From: an uncultured Rivularia sp.
Lineage (GTDB): Bacteria > Cyanobacteriota > Cyanobacteriia > Cyanobacteriales > Nostocaceae
Length of the DNA stretch: 64,000 nt
Reading direction: 5' to 3'
NCBI GenBank assembly: GCA_963665115.1
Contig: OY762007.1
Coordinates: 128,001 to 192,000, forward strand
Part shown: in pieces, positions 40,750 to 52,900 of the stretch
Numbering within the stretch: position 1 is the stretch's first letter
How the letters are laid out: every line of letters starts with the position of its first letter
Program-made: the position numbers and the translations under genes
The notes under the pieces: generated by a model
Databases searched by the model: none
Seen by the model: only the letters and a program-made list of their open reading frames with translations
Told to the model about the DNA's origin: nothing

Positions 40750-43700
40750 ATGTGGCATAAACAAAAGAACAAAAATCCAATAATCCGCTTGACTTTGTTG
40801 TTAGCATTGGCATCAGCTCCAATGATGAGTGGTTTGTTCAAGTCGGATTATGTAATAGCTTTGGCACCTGAAACACGGTCTTTTCCGCTTCCAACTGAGG
40901 TGGAGAAGGGAACTACAATTAAGGTAGATGGTTCCGCTAGTATGACAAGGGCTAATGAAGCGTTAAAACAGCGTTTCGAGAAAAAGTATTCCGATACTAA
41001 CGTTGAACTTGCTACCAATGGAACGGATGATGCGCTCAGGGATTTACAAGATGGCAAAGTAGATATTGCTGCAATTGGACGCGGTTTAACTCCGGAAGAA
41101 GAAGAAAAGCTGGGTTTGCAACAGCAGCGTTTGCATCGAGAAAAAATTGCGATAATCGTTGGTAAGGGTAATCCTTTTAAAGGCGATTTAACCAATCAGA
41201 AGTTTACTCAAATTTATCGCGGACAAATTACTGATTGGTCGGAACTTGGCGGCCCCTTCTGGAAAAATTAGAGTCATCGATCGTCCCGAGTTGAGCGATA
41301 CTCGCGAGGCTTTTCGCAACTATCCTCTTTTCCAAGGTGATTTAACAACTGGTTCGACTGCGACTCAATTAGATAGCGACGATCCAGCCGAAGTTGTCAA
41401 GCAGTTGGGTGATGATGGTATCGGCTTTGTTTTAGCCAATCAGGTAGAGAAATTGGGTGACAAAGTGCGTGTTTTGAGTATGCACAGAGTTCTACCAACC
41501 GATCCCAAATATCCTTACTCGCAACCGCTAGTTTACGTCTTCAAGAAAAACCCTTCGGAAGCCGTTAAGGATTTTGTCGGTTTCGCAACAGCAGAACCCG
41601 GACAGGAAGCTTTAAAAGCAGCTAGAGAAGAAGAAGCCGCAGCGGTTGCAGCTATTGTTGCTCGTGGGGTAACAAGTGATGCACCCGACGACGCTACAGC
41701 AACTCCCGGCGCAACTCCTCAAAGTACTGAAGCTGGGACTGCTGAAGGTACGGCAGCTAGTGGAAATCAAACAGCAAATAGTAGTGCAAATACTGAAGGT
41801 GTTGAACCTGCAACCAATACTTCTGCTCCCGATAACAGCAGTACTAGAGATCAAGCATTTTTACAAGATAGTACGGTTGTTTCTGAAGCTGGTGAAGGAA
41901 CAATACCTTGGTGGTGGATTTTACTCCCAGTTGCAGCTATTGGTGCATTAGCACTGTGGTGGTTGTTGGGAAGACGTAAATCTCAAGAGGATGATACCGT
42001 TGCTCGCGGTGTATTGCCAAAAGATTCTCCCCCTCCTTTTACTCCCACCTCTACAACTACAACTGGTGCCGTTAAAGAACCGGAACCCGCTGTAAATACT
42101 CCTATAGAACCAAATGCAGGAACTAATGCAGCAACCGTAGAACCTCCAAATACTACATCTGGAATTAATACAGCCGGAATTGCAGCAGGTGCAGGTATTG
42201 CAGGATTGGGAGCCGCAGCGGCGATGTCTTCTAGAGATAATGAAGATACACCCGAAGTCAGCGAAAATTTTGTAGCTGAAACTTCTACGGATTTACAACA
42301 GCCGGATGTTTCCGATTCAGGATTAAACGCGCAACCAACCTACGTACAACAACCCGATTCTAACCAGGGACTGAATTCAAGTTTAGAAGCACCCGATTTA
42401 GAACAACCGGATATTCCCGATACGAGCTTGGATTTAGAAGCACCAGCGGCTGTTGTTAACAGTTCTTATCATTCGTTACCGCGAATTAACACCTCGGTTA
42501 ATAGTTCAGTTAATAACAATATAGAAGTACCACCGATCGCAGAAGAGGTAGGCGATATAGACAGCGTAGCTGAACGCACTCCCACCGCTGACAATGAAGT
42601 GCAATCCGGTTCTCCTCAAGAAGAATTACCATCGGCTTCTACAAATAGTTGGTTGGGAAATTTTGGACTTGGTGCTGGTGTCGCTGGTGCTGCTGCCGGT
42701 GCTGCTGCAACCGATCTACCATCAAAAATTAAGTCTGGTGCAGAAAGAATCAAATCGCAGTTTGCTGGTAAAGATACTCCAGAACCCATTAACGAATCTG
42801 TAGAAATAGATGGAACTGTTCCATATGCTCAGCTACCAGATGTTTGGGATAGCACGCAAGCAGATAGCTCGGATTCAAATAGCGATACATTAGCAGACAG
42901 TAATAATACTGTTGAAAACAATGATCTAACCTCACCTTCCGATCTATGGGGACCCCTGGAAACAGAAGAACCCATTACCCAAGAGGAGGAAGAAACATCC
43001 TTTAGTGGATTAATTCGTAACAATGCTGATGTATCCGTTTCCAGCAATAACGTAGAAGAACAAGCTCAGCAAACTTCACCTTCAAGTTTATGGGGAACCC
43101 CGGAAACAGAAGAAGCAAGTATACAAGAAGAAGAGGAATCATCCTTTAGTGGATTAATTCGTAACAATGCTGATGTATCCGTTTCCAGCAATAACGTAGA
43201 AGAACAAGCTCAGCAAACTTCACCTTCGAGTTTATGGGGAACCCCGGAAACAGAAGAAGTAAGTACGCAAGAAGAGGAATCATCCTTTCCTTTAGGTGCT
43301 GTAGCAGCAGGAGCCGGATTAGTTGCTGGAGCAGCTGCAATCGGTTCTGGTTTACTAAATCGCGATAACGATGATACACCCGAAGATGGTAAAAATGCGG
43401 ACGAAAATAACGATGTAGAACAGCAATCAACCACCGAAAACCAAGAGAATGAACCGGTTAGTGGTGAATTAGGTAGCGAATTGTTCTTGAATCGTTTTGA
43501 ACAAGATACACCGGATGCAACTGACAATACTCAAGCATCAGAAACTGTAGAAACCAATGATTTGCCAGAAGTTCGTATCACAAACGAAAACGAACAGTTA
43601 GCGGATGCTCAAACAACACCACAAGAGCAACCAACAAGCAATGGTTTACCAAATGTTTGGGTAACTCAATCAAATCAACACGCTACTACTCCAGAAGAGA

Positions 43701-44572
43701 CCGTTTCCGAAGAAGAGATTGCTCAATTTGGCGTGTCATCTAGTGATGGTGCAGTATTAGCAGGAGGAGCCGCTGCGGCTGTTGGAGCGTTTACGCTCGG
43801 TTCTCAGATCACAAGCAATGACGAAGAATCCGAAGAAGCAGACGCTCAGCCTTCAATATCTAATAGCGAGAATGTAGCTTTAGATCAAATAGCAGATCAA
43901 GCTGAAATAGATACACAAATTCGCACACCCGAGGAACACTCCGATCCAGGAGACACCGATTGGGATAGAATTTACGGCATTCACCATAACGGAGCTACGG
44001 GAGTACCCGGTGAAAGCAATATACTATTGGCAAATCGCACTCCAAAATGGGCTTATGCTTCTTGGAATATTGCACCTGCCGATCGCGAAGCAATGCAAGA
44101 GCGAGGTGCAAATCAATTGGTATTGCGACTGTATGATGTAACTAACGTTGACTTAAGCTATCAAAACGCCAAAATAGTACAGCAGTACGAATGCGAGGAA
44201 TCAGTTAGTCATCGTTATGTAGCTATACCCAATGCCGATAGAGATTACATTACCGAAATTGGTTATCTAAACGTAGATAAAGAATGGTTGTTAGTATCGC
44301 GATCGCCAATTATTCGGGTATTTAGTCGTCCCCACAAAGACTTTTGGTTTGAAGCAGATGCGGAATTGATAATTCACGGTGCAACAGAACCAGGTTCAAA
44401 TGTAACCATTGACGGACAAAATATCAAAGTCAAGCAAGATGGTACTTTTCATCTACGGGTTCCCTTTACCGAAAGCTTAATCAACTACTTGATTACCGCA
44501 GTAGCACCCGATAGCGAGCAAGCGAAAACCATTCATATGCAATTTTCCCAAAAAGAAAGGAAAGATAGTTAA
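40750..44572 (+). CDS. PstS-like substrate-binding domain + TM + long acidic linker + C-terminal DUF4912-like domain; frameshift at ~41253-41256
   Basis: IKVDGSASM; ITDWSELGGPSGKIRVIDRP after removing one C; WWWILLP TM; PKWAYASWNI and DFWFEADAELIIHGATEP. Confidence 0.85.
42930..43288 (+). repeat. Intragenic tandem repeat, period 144/141 nt (~48 aa)
   Basis: SFSGLIRNNADVSVSSNNVEEQAQQTSPSSLWGTPETEE occurs twice, nearly identical at DNA level (42997 vs 43141). Confidence 0.9.
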
Positions 44573-44620
44573 CAGTTATCAATTATTGGTAATTAGTAAT
44601 TAGTAATTGTATAAGTTTTA

Positions 44621-44656
44621 AATGCTCTGGTAGATCGAATGCCAGGGCATTTTTTA
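44621..44656 (+). terminator. Intrinsic terminator
   Basis: atgctctgg-N11-ccagggcat followed by a T run. Confidence 0.7.
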
Positions 44657-44745
44657 TTTAAAAGGTTCGTAGTAAGCACAGTTTTTATATATTTACGCAT
44701 ATATAAAGTTAAAACGTACTAAAAGCCTTATTCAGTCAGATTTAT

Positions 44746-45027
44746 CTTACATCTTGCACCTTTCTCAGTTAGCTTTCACAGTCGCCTTGGAATAAATTCT
44801 CCGCAGTCGCTACAACGGCTGTGTTCCCCCGCAACGCGCTGCTCTCCAGGCTGATATACCAAGTCTTCCTTCATAAGACTGAGCAAGGGTTTTAGTACGT
44901 TGAAACGTACTTTGTATATGAGCCTTGAAATTTATTTCTCTGCGTTCCCGGGGTCGCGTGCGGGCTAGAAAGCCTCCGGCTTACAAGGGAGAAATGTAGG
45001 CTTAACGATATTGGTGCAAGATGTAAG
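44746..45027. mobile_element. MITE with 15-bp TIR CTTACATCTTGCACC and 6-bp ATTTAT duplication
   Basis: Perfect TIRs; ATTTAT at 44740-44745 and 45028-45033; nested repeats inside. Confidence 0.8.
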
Positions 45028-45033
45028 ATTTAT

Positions 45034-45154
45034 CTGATATCTTGCACCATTCTCAAGAAGCCCAAAGAAACCCGGTTTCTAGTAGTGAAAGCATGAATAT
45101 CTCGTTGTGAAATCGCAAAGAAACCGGGTTTCTGACACTGGTGCAAGATGTGAG
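45034..45154. mobile_element. Second MITE of the same TIR family in tandem
   Basis: CTGATATCTTGCACCA ... TGGTGCAAGATGTGAG followed by ATTTAT at 45155-45160; partial relative at ~34917-35012. Confidence 0.78.
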
Positions 45155-45509
45155 ATTTATCAGACTTTGTTTTTGAGCCTGGAGAGCAGCGCGTTGCGGG
45201 GGTTCTCCACTATGGTAGATTCCATCGTGAGACATCTGTGGAACAAAACAACCCGTGAAGTAACGCATTAAATATAGCTACTACTAACAAACTATGAATT
45301 TCACGCCATAATACAGGATTTTCTGAATAAGGATTCATTCCCGGAAATGGATTAGACATTTTTAAACCTCTCTTTTAAAATCTTCCTCTGCGCTCTCTGC
45401 GCCCTCTGCGGCTTAATTACTTCTTTCCTACTAATAATAGATAAAACATTTCTTTGCGGTAAACAAAATCAGCAAAGAGACGTAGCACTGCTACGTCTCT
45501 ACATTGGTT

Positions 45510-47019
45510 TTATTTCATATCGTAACCAAACAAGTTAACGTCAACTTCTCCTAATTCCAATTCATCTAAACCATATTCAGCCCATCTTCTTTCTACCATT
45601 GCGGCTACTTCGTCATCGGATTCTAACGGCGCACCCCATTCGTGTTCGGTTTCTGGAGGCATTTTAGTCGTTGCGTCAATTCCCATTCTTCCACCCAAGC
45701 CTATTTTCTCGCTGGCAAAATCTAAGGTGTCAAAGGGCGTATCTGGCAAAATAAATACGTCTCGGGTGGGATCTACTTTCGAGCTTATTGCCCATACGAC
45801 TTGACGCGGATCGCGAATGTTTATATCTTTATCTACTACAATCACAAATTTGGTGTAAGTAAACTGCGGTAAAGCACTCCAAAATGCTAAAGCTGCCCTT
45901 CGCGCTTGTCCGGGATATGCTTTATCTATAGATATAATCGCCGCTTTGTAACTTAAGGCTTCCATTGGGAGGAAGAAATCGACGATTTCCGAAACCTGCT
46001 GTCGGAGTATAGGGGTGTAAATTCGGTTGAGAGCGATCGCCATCATTGCTTCTTCTTTGGGTGGACGACCGCTAAATGTAGTCAAATACACCGGCTCTTT
46101 GCGGTGTGTCATACATTGAAAGCGTACCAATGGCGAATCTTCAACGCCGCCGTAATAGCCCATGTGGTCGCCAAATGGTCCATCTGGCAATACTTCCCCT
46201 GGGGTAATGGTTCCTTCTAAAACAAATTCAGAATCTGCGGGTACTTCTAAATCTAGGGTTTTACATTTTGCTAAACTAACACCAGAACCACCGTATAAAC
46301 CCGCAAACAGCCATTCGGATAAATCTACTGGAATCGGTGTTGCTGCCGCCATGATAATTAACGGATCGACACCTAAAGCAATTGCTACTTCAAGTTTTTT
46401 TCCATTCTCCGCAGCTTTGCGTAAATGTCTGGCACCACCGCGCACTGAAAGCCAGTGTACGGTCATGGTATTGTTAGATTGTAGTTGCAAGCGATACACG
46501 CCGACATTTGGCGTGCCGGTTTCACAATCTTTAGTAATTACCAAACCTAAAGTAATAATTTTGCCTGCGTCACCGGAATAAGGGCGAATCAAAGGTAATT
46601 TATTTAAATCTAAATCGTCTCCCTGCACCACAACTTGATGGCAAGCAGGGAAAAAATCTCTTCCCGGTTTTGCTTTAACAACATCAAACAAAACTTTACC
46701 AAAATCGATAGCTTGAGAAATCTTTTTTGGTGGCTTTGGCTGTTGCAACATAGCCAACTTTTTCCCCAAAGTTTCCAATTCCTGGGGATGTTCCATATTC
46801 ATAGCCCAACATATCCTTTCCACGGTTCCCATCAGGTTTACCGCTACAGGAAAATCAGCACCTTTGACATTTTCAAAAATCAAACCGGGGGCCACCTTTT
46901 TGCAGCATCCGATTAGAAATTTCCGCAATTTCCAACTCAGGATCGACTAAAGCAGTAATTCGCTTTAACTGTCCCCTTTCTTCCAAAATTTTGATAAATC
47001 CCCGTAAGTCTCTCGCCAT
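45510..47019 (-). CDS. ubiD: UbiD family decarboxylase; frameshift at ~46887-46891
   Basis: True start MARDLRGFIKILEERGQL at 47019; NVGVYRLQ, DGPFGDHMGYY, GRPPKEE, MGIDATTK. Confidence 0.93.
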
Positions 47020-47073
47020 TGTATATAAAGATATTTGAAGCGTTATTTATATTATCAGGCATAAGTGGGGATT

Positions 47074-47502
47074 GGTTCGTAGTTGCGCTTTAGCGCCAAA
47101 AATGTTGAGTAATAATTGGGGATTGGGGATTAGGTATGGCGGATTAGAGATAAACTATTTTCTATTGCCTCTAGCAATTCTTACAAACCGACGATTATCT
47201 TGGTCATTGAAACGCCCTCTTCCTTCTACAATATTCGCACAAACGCTATCAGCAGAACGAACTATTTGTTTACCAACCATCTATTTTTCAAATTGATTCC
47301 ACTCTCGAACAATATCCCAAATTTCATTAGCCAACTTTTCAGCTAATTGATAAACTTTTAACTCTTGAAAATCAGGTTTTGACAAACTATTTTCTTAAAA
47401 TTGCAACGACAACCCTATAGTTCGCTAAATTCCCCAAAAAATAATATTACCCAATCCCCATTTGTTAATGAAGATTTTGGCGCTAAAGCGCAACTACGAA
47501 CC
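47074..47502. repeat. Perfect 28-bp inverted repeats (REP-like) enclosing a pseudogene
   Basis: ggttcgtagttgcgctttagcgccaaaa at 47074-47101 and its reverse complement at 47475-47502. Confidence 0.85.
47155..47385 (-). pseudogene. Four-helix-bundle (23S rRNA IVP-like) protein remnant
   Basis: MSKPDFQELKVYQLAEKLANEIW..FEK*MVGKQIVRSADSVCANIVEGRGR..FVRIARG; internal stop and 3' truncation. Confidence 0.8.
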
Positions 47503-47519
47503 CATTACCAATTACCACT

Positions 47520-49520
47520 TCAAGGAGTTAATTCCTTAATTCTGGCTAATGCATCTTTATAATTATTCTCTTCACCTGTTTTAATAAAAATGTCTGCTGC
47601 TGATTGAAAATCTTCTATTGCGCCGGGTACTCTTCCTAAGTCTGTACGCAATAAACCACGATTATAATAAGCTAAAGCGTATTCGGAATTAAGTTCAATT
47701 GCTTTAGAATAATCTGCCATTGCTTGTTTTAATTTGCCCATTTCTAAGTTGGCGTTTCCGCGATTGTTGTATGCTGTTGGCAGAGTAGAATCAAGTTCGA
47801 TTGCTCGATTGTAATTTTCAACTGCGCCTTCTATATCTTTTATTTTGAAGCGATATTTACCCCGATGAATATAAGCTTTTGCATCTTCGGGATTCATTTC
47901 TATGGCTTTCTCGTAGTCTTCGTAAGCTTGTTTAGGATATCCTAAATCGTTGTAAACGTCTGCACGAGCAATATAAGCATCAACGTATTTAGAATCTAAT
48001 TCAATGACTTTAGTAAAATCTTTTTTAGCAACAAGTTTTTCGTTGAGTGCGTAGCGTGTTTTACCGCGTTCATAATATGATTCTGTATATTGAGGGTTGA
48101 TTTGAATTGCTTTATTAAAATCCTCAATCGCTTCGAGTTTTTCTCCTATTTCACGATTTACAATTCCTCTTTGAAAGTAAGCTGAAGCAAATTTGGGGTT
48201 GAGGGAAATTGCTTGATTAAAATCTGTAATTGCTTTACGCTTTTCTTTGATTTCGTGACGGGTTAATCCTCTACCGTAATAAGCATTTGCATATTCTGGG
48301 TTGAGTTTAATTGCTTGGTTATAATCGATAATTGCCCCGTTAAATTCTCCAATCAAATAAAGACTAAAGGCTCGATCGTAATATGCATTTGCATCGTTAG
48401 GATTGTTACGAATTGCTGCACTAGAATCTTGCTGAGATTTTTCATAATTTCCTAACCGATAATAAGCATCTCCCCGCGAATTATATGCTGAGGAATATTC
48501 GGGGTTTATTCTAATGGCTTGGGAAAGCAGTTTTATTGCTTGGTTATATTCGGCTTTTTCATGATGTAAAATTCCCTGTTGGTATAGCTGTCTGGCATAA
48601 TTTAGATTTCTGGGTAAAAACAAAGACAAACCTACCGCACCAACTACAATCAAGCTACCAATTCCGGCGAATAATTTAGGCTTTTTTGATAATTGTTGAT
48701 ATACCGGATTTGACTGCGGTTGATTAATCGCTTGTAAATCTTTTAATACCTCTTTGGCTGACTGATAGCGATTTTGATAATTTAAATGCACCATTTTATC
48801 GATAATCTGGGCAAGTTTTTGGTTAATATAATCGCGAGGATGCCAAATTATTTTTTCTGCGTCAGCATTTTTTTGATTTTTCTGGTTTGTAATTTCTCTT
48901 GCTGTTAAACCCGTCAAAGCTTGAATGGCAATAATACCCAAAGTATAAATATCGCTGTTAAATTGGGGATTTCTATAGATTTGCTCTATAGGCATATATT
49001 CTGAGGAAACAACTACGTTAGATACTGCTTCTTGAAGGGCACCAAAGTCAGTTAAAACTAGCTTTCCGTCAGATTCTCGGCGAATAATATTTGCTGGCTT
49101 GAGATTGCGATGGACTATACCGCGTTGATGTATAAATACTAATATTTCTAATACTTCTAATAATATATTTAATACTTGTTCCGAGTTTAGCTTTTTCCCC
49201 GTAACTATTTCTTCTTTTAAAGATTGTCCTACAATATAATTTCTAACTAAATAAAAGTTTTTATTCTTTTCAAAAAAAGTGGTTAAGCTCTGAATTCTAT
49301 CGTCTTGCTGTGCTAAATGTTCTAAAGGCTTCACTTCAGTTTCTAATACGTTCTGAGATATTTTTAATAGTTTTGGATCTTTACTAGCTGGAAGAAACTG
49401 CTTTACTACATATCGACCGAAATTTGATTGACTGGCATCTTCACTTAAATAACTTCTACCCCCTGGGGTGTTATTAAGTAACTCTATTATTTGATAGCGT
49501 TCGAGGATAATATTACTCAT
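47520..49520 (-). CDS. Ser/Thr kinase-like domain + TM + TPR repeats (probable pseudokinase)
   Basis: YVVKQF, HRNLKPAN, DFG; about 10 TPRs. Confidence 0.9.
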   Translation of the reverse strand: MSNIILERYQIIELLNNTPGGRSYLSEDASQSNFGRYVVKQFLPASKDPKLLKISQNVLETEVKPLEHLAQQDDRIQSLTTFFEKNKNFYLVRNYIVGQSLKEEIVTGKKLNSEQVLNILLEVLEILVFIHQRGIVHRNLKPANIIRRESDGKLVLTDFGALQEAVSNVVVSSEYMPIEQIYRNPQFNSDIYTLGIIAIQALTGLTAREITNQKNQKNADAEKIIWHPRDYINQKLAQIIDKMVHLNYQNRYQSAKEVLKDLQAINQPQSNPVYQQLSKKPKLFAGIGSLIVVGAVGLSLFLPRNLNYARQLYQQGILHHEKAEYNQAIKLLSQAIRINPEYSSAYNSRGDAYYRLGNYEKSQQDSSAAIRNNPNDANAYYDRAFSLYLIGEFNGAIIDYNQAIKLNPEYANAYYGRGLTRHEIKEKRKAITDFNQAISLNPKFASAYFQRGIVNREIGEKLEAIEDFNKAIQINPQYTESYYERGKTRYALNEKLVAKKDFTKVIELDSKYVDAYIARADVYNDLGYPKQAYEDYEKAIEMNPEDAKAYIHRGKYRFKIKDIEGAVENYNRAIELDSTLPTAYNNRGNANLEMGKLKQAMADYSKAIELNSEYALAYYNRGLLRTDLGRVPGAIEDFQSAADIFIKTGEENNYKDALARIKELTP

Positions 49521-49955
49521 GGTAGATGACTAAATCTTATATACAGCTTTGCCATCTTAATTGAAGCTAGTTAATTAATATTGCAAACTGCACTTCATTT
49601 TGCAACATAAAATTGTCCAAATATTCTAGATAAAAAACTATTATATATTGAAAATATACTTATAAAAATCGCGAGTTTTTTGCAATAGATTTCTATTTAT
49701 TCGATATATTTTATTTAAAGACTAAATATCAATTATTATTTTTACATTATGCAATACTTTTATGTAACTATTCCTTCTATTAAATGAATAACCTGAAGCA
49801 CTTATTGGCATATCTGTATCTCGATAAAATTCTACATAGATATAGAACCTTTAACTTTTCCCTCCCAGATGTGGTGGTAGCAAAATTTAAAAGCCAAAAT
49901 ATAATATATAGGCTTTATAACGAAAGTCTGACATTTTACATGGAGCGTGCTATCA

Positions 49956-52900
49956 GTGGTATTACAAGTTGAAAAAGACATCTACGAAGCGAAAACTCAG
50001 GAAATCGCGAAGCAATTATTAAGCGCAACTGGGGAAAATCGTTCTTTATTCTCGGCTTTGCGCGATCAAATGCGCCCCGATGATAAGTTATTAGCATGGG
50101 CGATGAGCAATCCTGGTTTGCGGGTGCAGTTATTTAGATTTATCGATACTCTGCCAGCTTTAAAAAGTAATGCGGAAATCGCGGCGCATTTACAGGAATA
50201 TCTCGGCGATGATTCGGTAGAATTGCCTGCGGCGTTGAAGGGAATGCTAAATTTTGCCAACCCCGATTCTATGCCGGGGAAGGTTGCCGCGACAACGGTT
50301 TCCAAAAGTGTGGAAACTTTAGCTCATCGATATATAGCTGGCGAAAATATCAAGCAAGCTTTGAAAAGTATCGAGAGACTGCGTAAAGAAAAGATGGCTT
50401 TCACCGTAGATTTATTGGGTGAAGCGGTAATAACGGAAATTGAAGCGCAGTCTTATTTACAAAGATATACGGATTTGATGGCGCAATTAGCCGAAGCTTC
50501 TCAAAAATGGAAGAATGTAGCGTTAATTGATGAAGCTGATGGGGAAGCTTTGCCGAAGGTGCAGGTTTCGGTAAAGTTGACGGCGTTTTATTCGCAATTC
50601 GATCCTTTGGATGATAAAGGTAGTGAAGAGAAGGTGGTTTCTCACATTCGTACTTTACTGCGTCGTGCGAAAGAGTTGGGTGTTGCTATCCACTTCGATA
50701 TGGAGCAGTATATTTACAAGGATCTGACTTTTAATATCTTGAAAAAGCTGTTGATGGAAGAGGAGTTTAAACAGCGTACAGATATTGGCATGACGATTCA
50801 AGCTTATTTGCGCGATAGTGAGGAAGACGCTAAAAGTTTGATTGAATGGGCAAAACAGCGCGGCAATCCAATTACAATTCGTTTGGTAAAAGGTGCTTAT
50901 TGGGATCAAGAAACCATTACAGCAGAACAAAAACATTGGCAACAGCCAGTTTATAACGATAAAGCCGCCACCGATATTAACTTTGAGAGAATAACTCAAT
51001 TATTGTTAGAAAATCATCAATATATATATGCTGCCATAGGAAGTCATAATGTTAGATCGCAAGCAAAAGCGATCGCCATTGCTCAAAGTTTGAATATTCC
51101 CCAGCGCAATTTTGAAATGCAGGTGCTTTACGGTATGGGGGATAAAATTGCCAAGTCTTTGGTAGAGCAAGGTTATCGCGTGCGGGTTTATTGCCCTTAT
51201 GGTGAATTATTGCCGGGAATGGCTTATTTAATTCGTCGTTTATTGGAAAATACCGCCAATTCTTCGTTTATTCGCCAGGATATGGAAAATCGTCCCGTCG
51301 AAGAGTTGATTTCACCTCCGGTTATTAGAGAGGGGGAAGAGGGGGAAGAGGGGGAAGAGGGGGTAGAAATTGTTTCTGCTTCTTCGGTAACATCTTTCCA
51401 TCCAGCAGCTGACAGCGATTATGCGATGGAGGAATTAAGGAAGAAATCTCAAACTGCTTTTGAAACCGTTAAAAATCAGCTTGGAAAAACTTATTTACCT
51501 TTGATTAATGGGGAATACGTAGAAACTGAAGAAAAGGTTGATTCGGTTAATCCTTCTAATTATTCTCAAGTTGTCGGTAAAGTTGGTTTAATTAATGTCG
51601 AGCAAGCTGAAACTGCAATGCAAGCGGCGAAAACAGCATTTAAAACTTGGAAGAAAACTTCTGCGAAACAACGTGCCGATATCATTCGCAAAGCTGGCGA
51701 TATCATGGAAAATCGCCGCGCTGAATTATCGGCTTGGATTGTTTTGGAAGTTGGTAAACCAGTGCGGGAAGCCGATGCAGAAGTAAGTGAAGCAATTGAT
51801 TTTTGTCACTACTATGCTGCGGAAATGGAACGCTTGGATAAAGGTTTTAATTACGACGTAGCCGGGGAAAATAATCGTTATATTTACCAGCCCCGAGGAA
51901 TAGCGGTAGTTATTTCTCCTTGGAATTTCCCCTTTGCGATCGCAACTGGTATGACGGTGGCAGCCCTTGTAACTGGCAACTGTACTTTGCTCAAGCCAGC
52001 GGAAACTTCAGCGGTAATTGCGGCGAAAATCACCGAAGTTTTGGTAGAAGCGGGAATTCCTAAAGGTGTATTTCAATATGTCCCCGGAAAGGGTTCTGTT
52101 GTCGGCGCTTATTTGGTCGATCACATCGAAACTCACGTTATTGCTTTTACAGGTTCCCAAGAAGTTGGCTGTAAAATTTACGCAGATGCAGCCATATTAA
52201 AACCCGGTCAAAAGCATATGAAACGAGTAATTGCTGAGATGGGAGGCAAAAACGGGTTAATAATTGACGAAAGTGCTGATTTAGACCAAGCTGTTGTCGG
52301 TGCAGTGAAATCGGCATTTGGTTACAGCGGACAAAAATGTTCTGCTTGCTCCAGGGTAATAGTTGTAGAAAGCGTTTATGATACTTTTATTAACAGGTTT
52401 GTAGAAGCAACAAAATCCCTTAATATTGGAGAAACAGAATTACCAGCTACTCAAGTAGGGCCTGTAATTGACGAAAAATCTCAATCCAGAATCCGCGAGT
52501 ATATCGAAAAAGGTAAAGCAGAAGCCGAAGTTGCATTAGAAATGTCTGCACCAGAAAACGGCTATTTTGTTGGTCCAGTCATCTTTGGTAATGTTCCAGC
52601 AGATGGGACAATAGCACAAGAAGAAATTTTTGGCCCTGTAGTTGCAGTAATTAAAGTTAAAAATTTCCAAGAAGCCTTACAAGTAGCCAACAATACCAAC
52701 TACGCCTTAACTGGAGGGCTTTATTCCCGCACACCTTCCCATATCCAACAAGCTCAAGAAGAATTTGAAGTAGGAAACTTGTACATCAATCGTACCATCA
52801 CCGGCGCGATCGTTTCCCGTCAACCCTTCGGTGGCTTCAAACTTTCCGGAGTCGGTTCAAAAGCAGGAGGTCCCGATTATCTCCTACAATTTTTAGAACC

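Noticed and set aside
47072..47296. 74-aa plus-strand ORF
   Set aside because: Antisense shadow of the four-helix-bundle pseudogene plus repeats.
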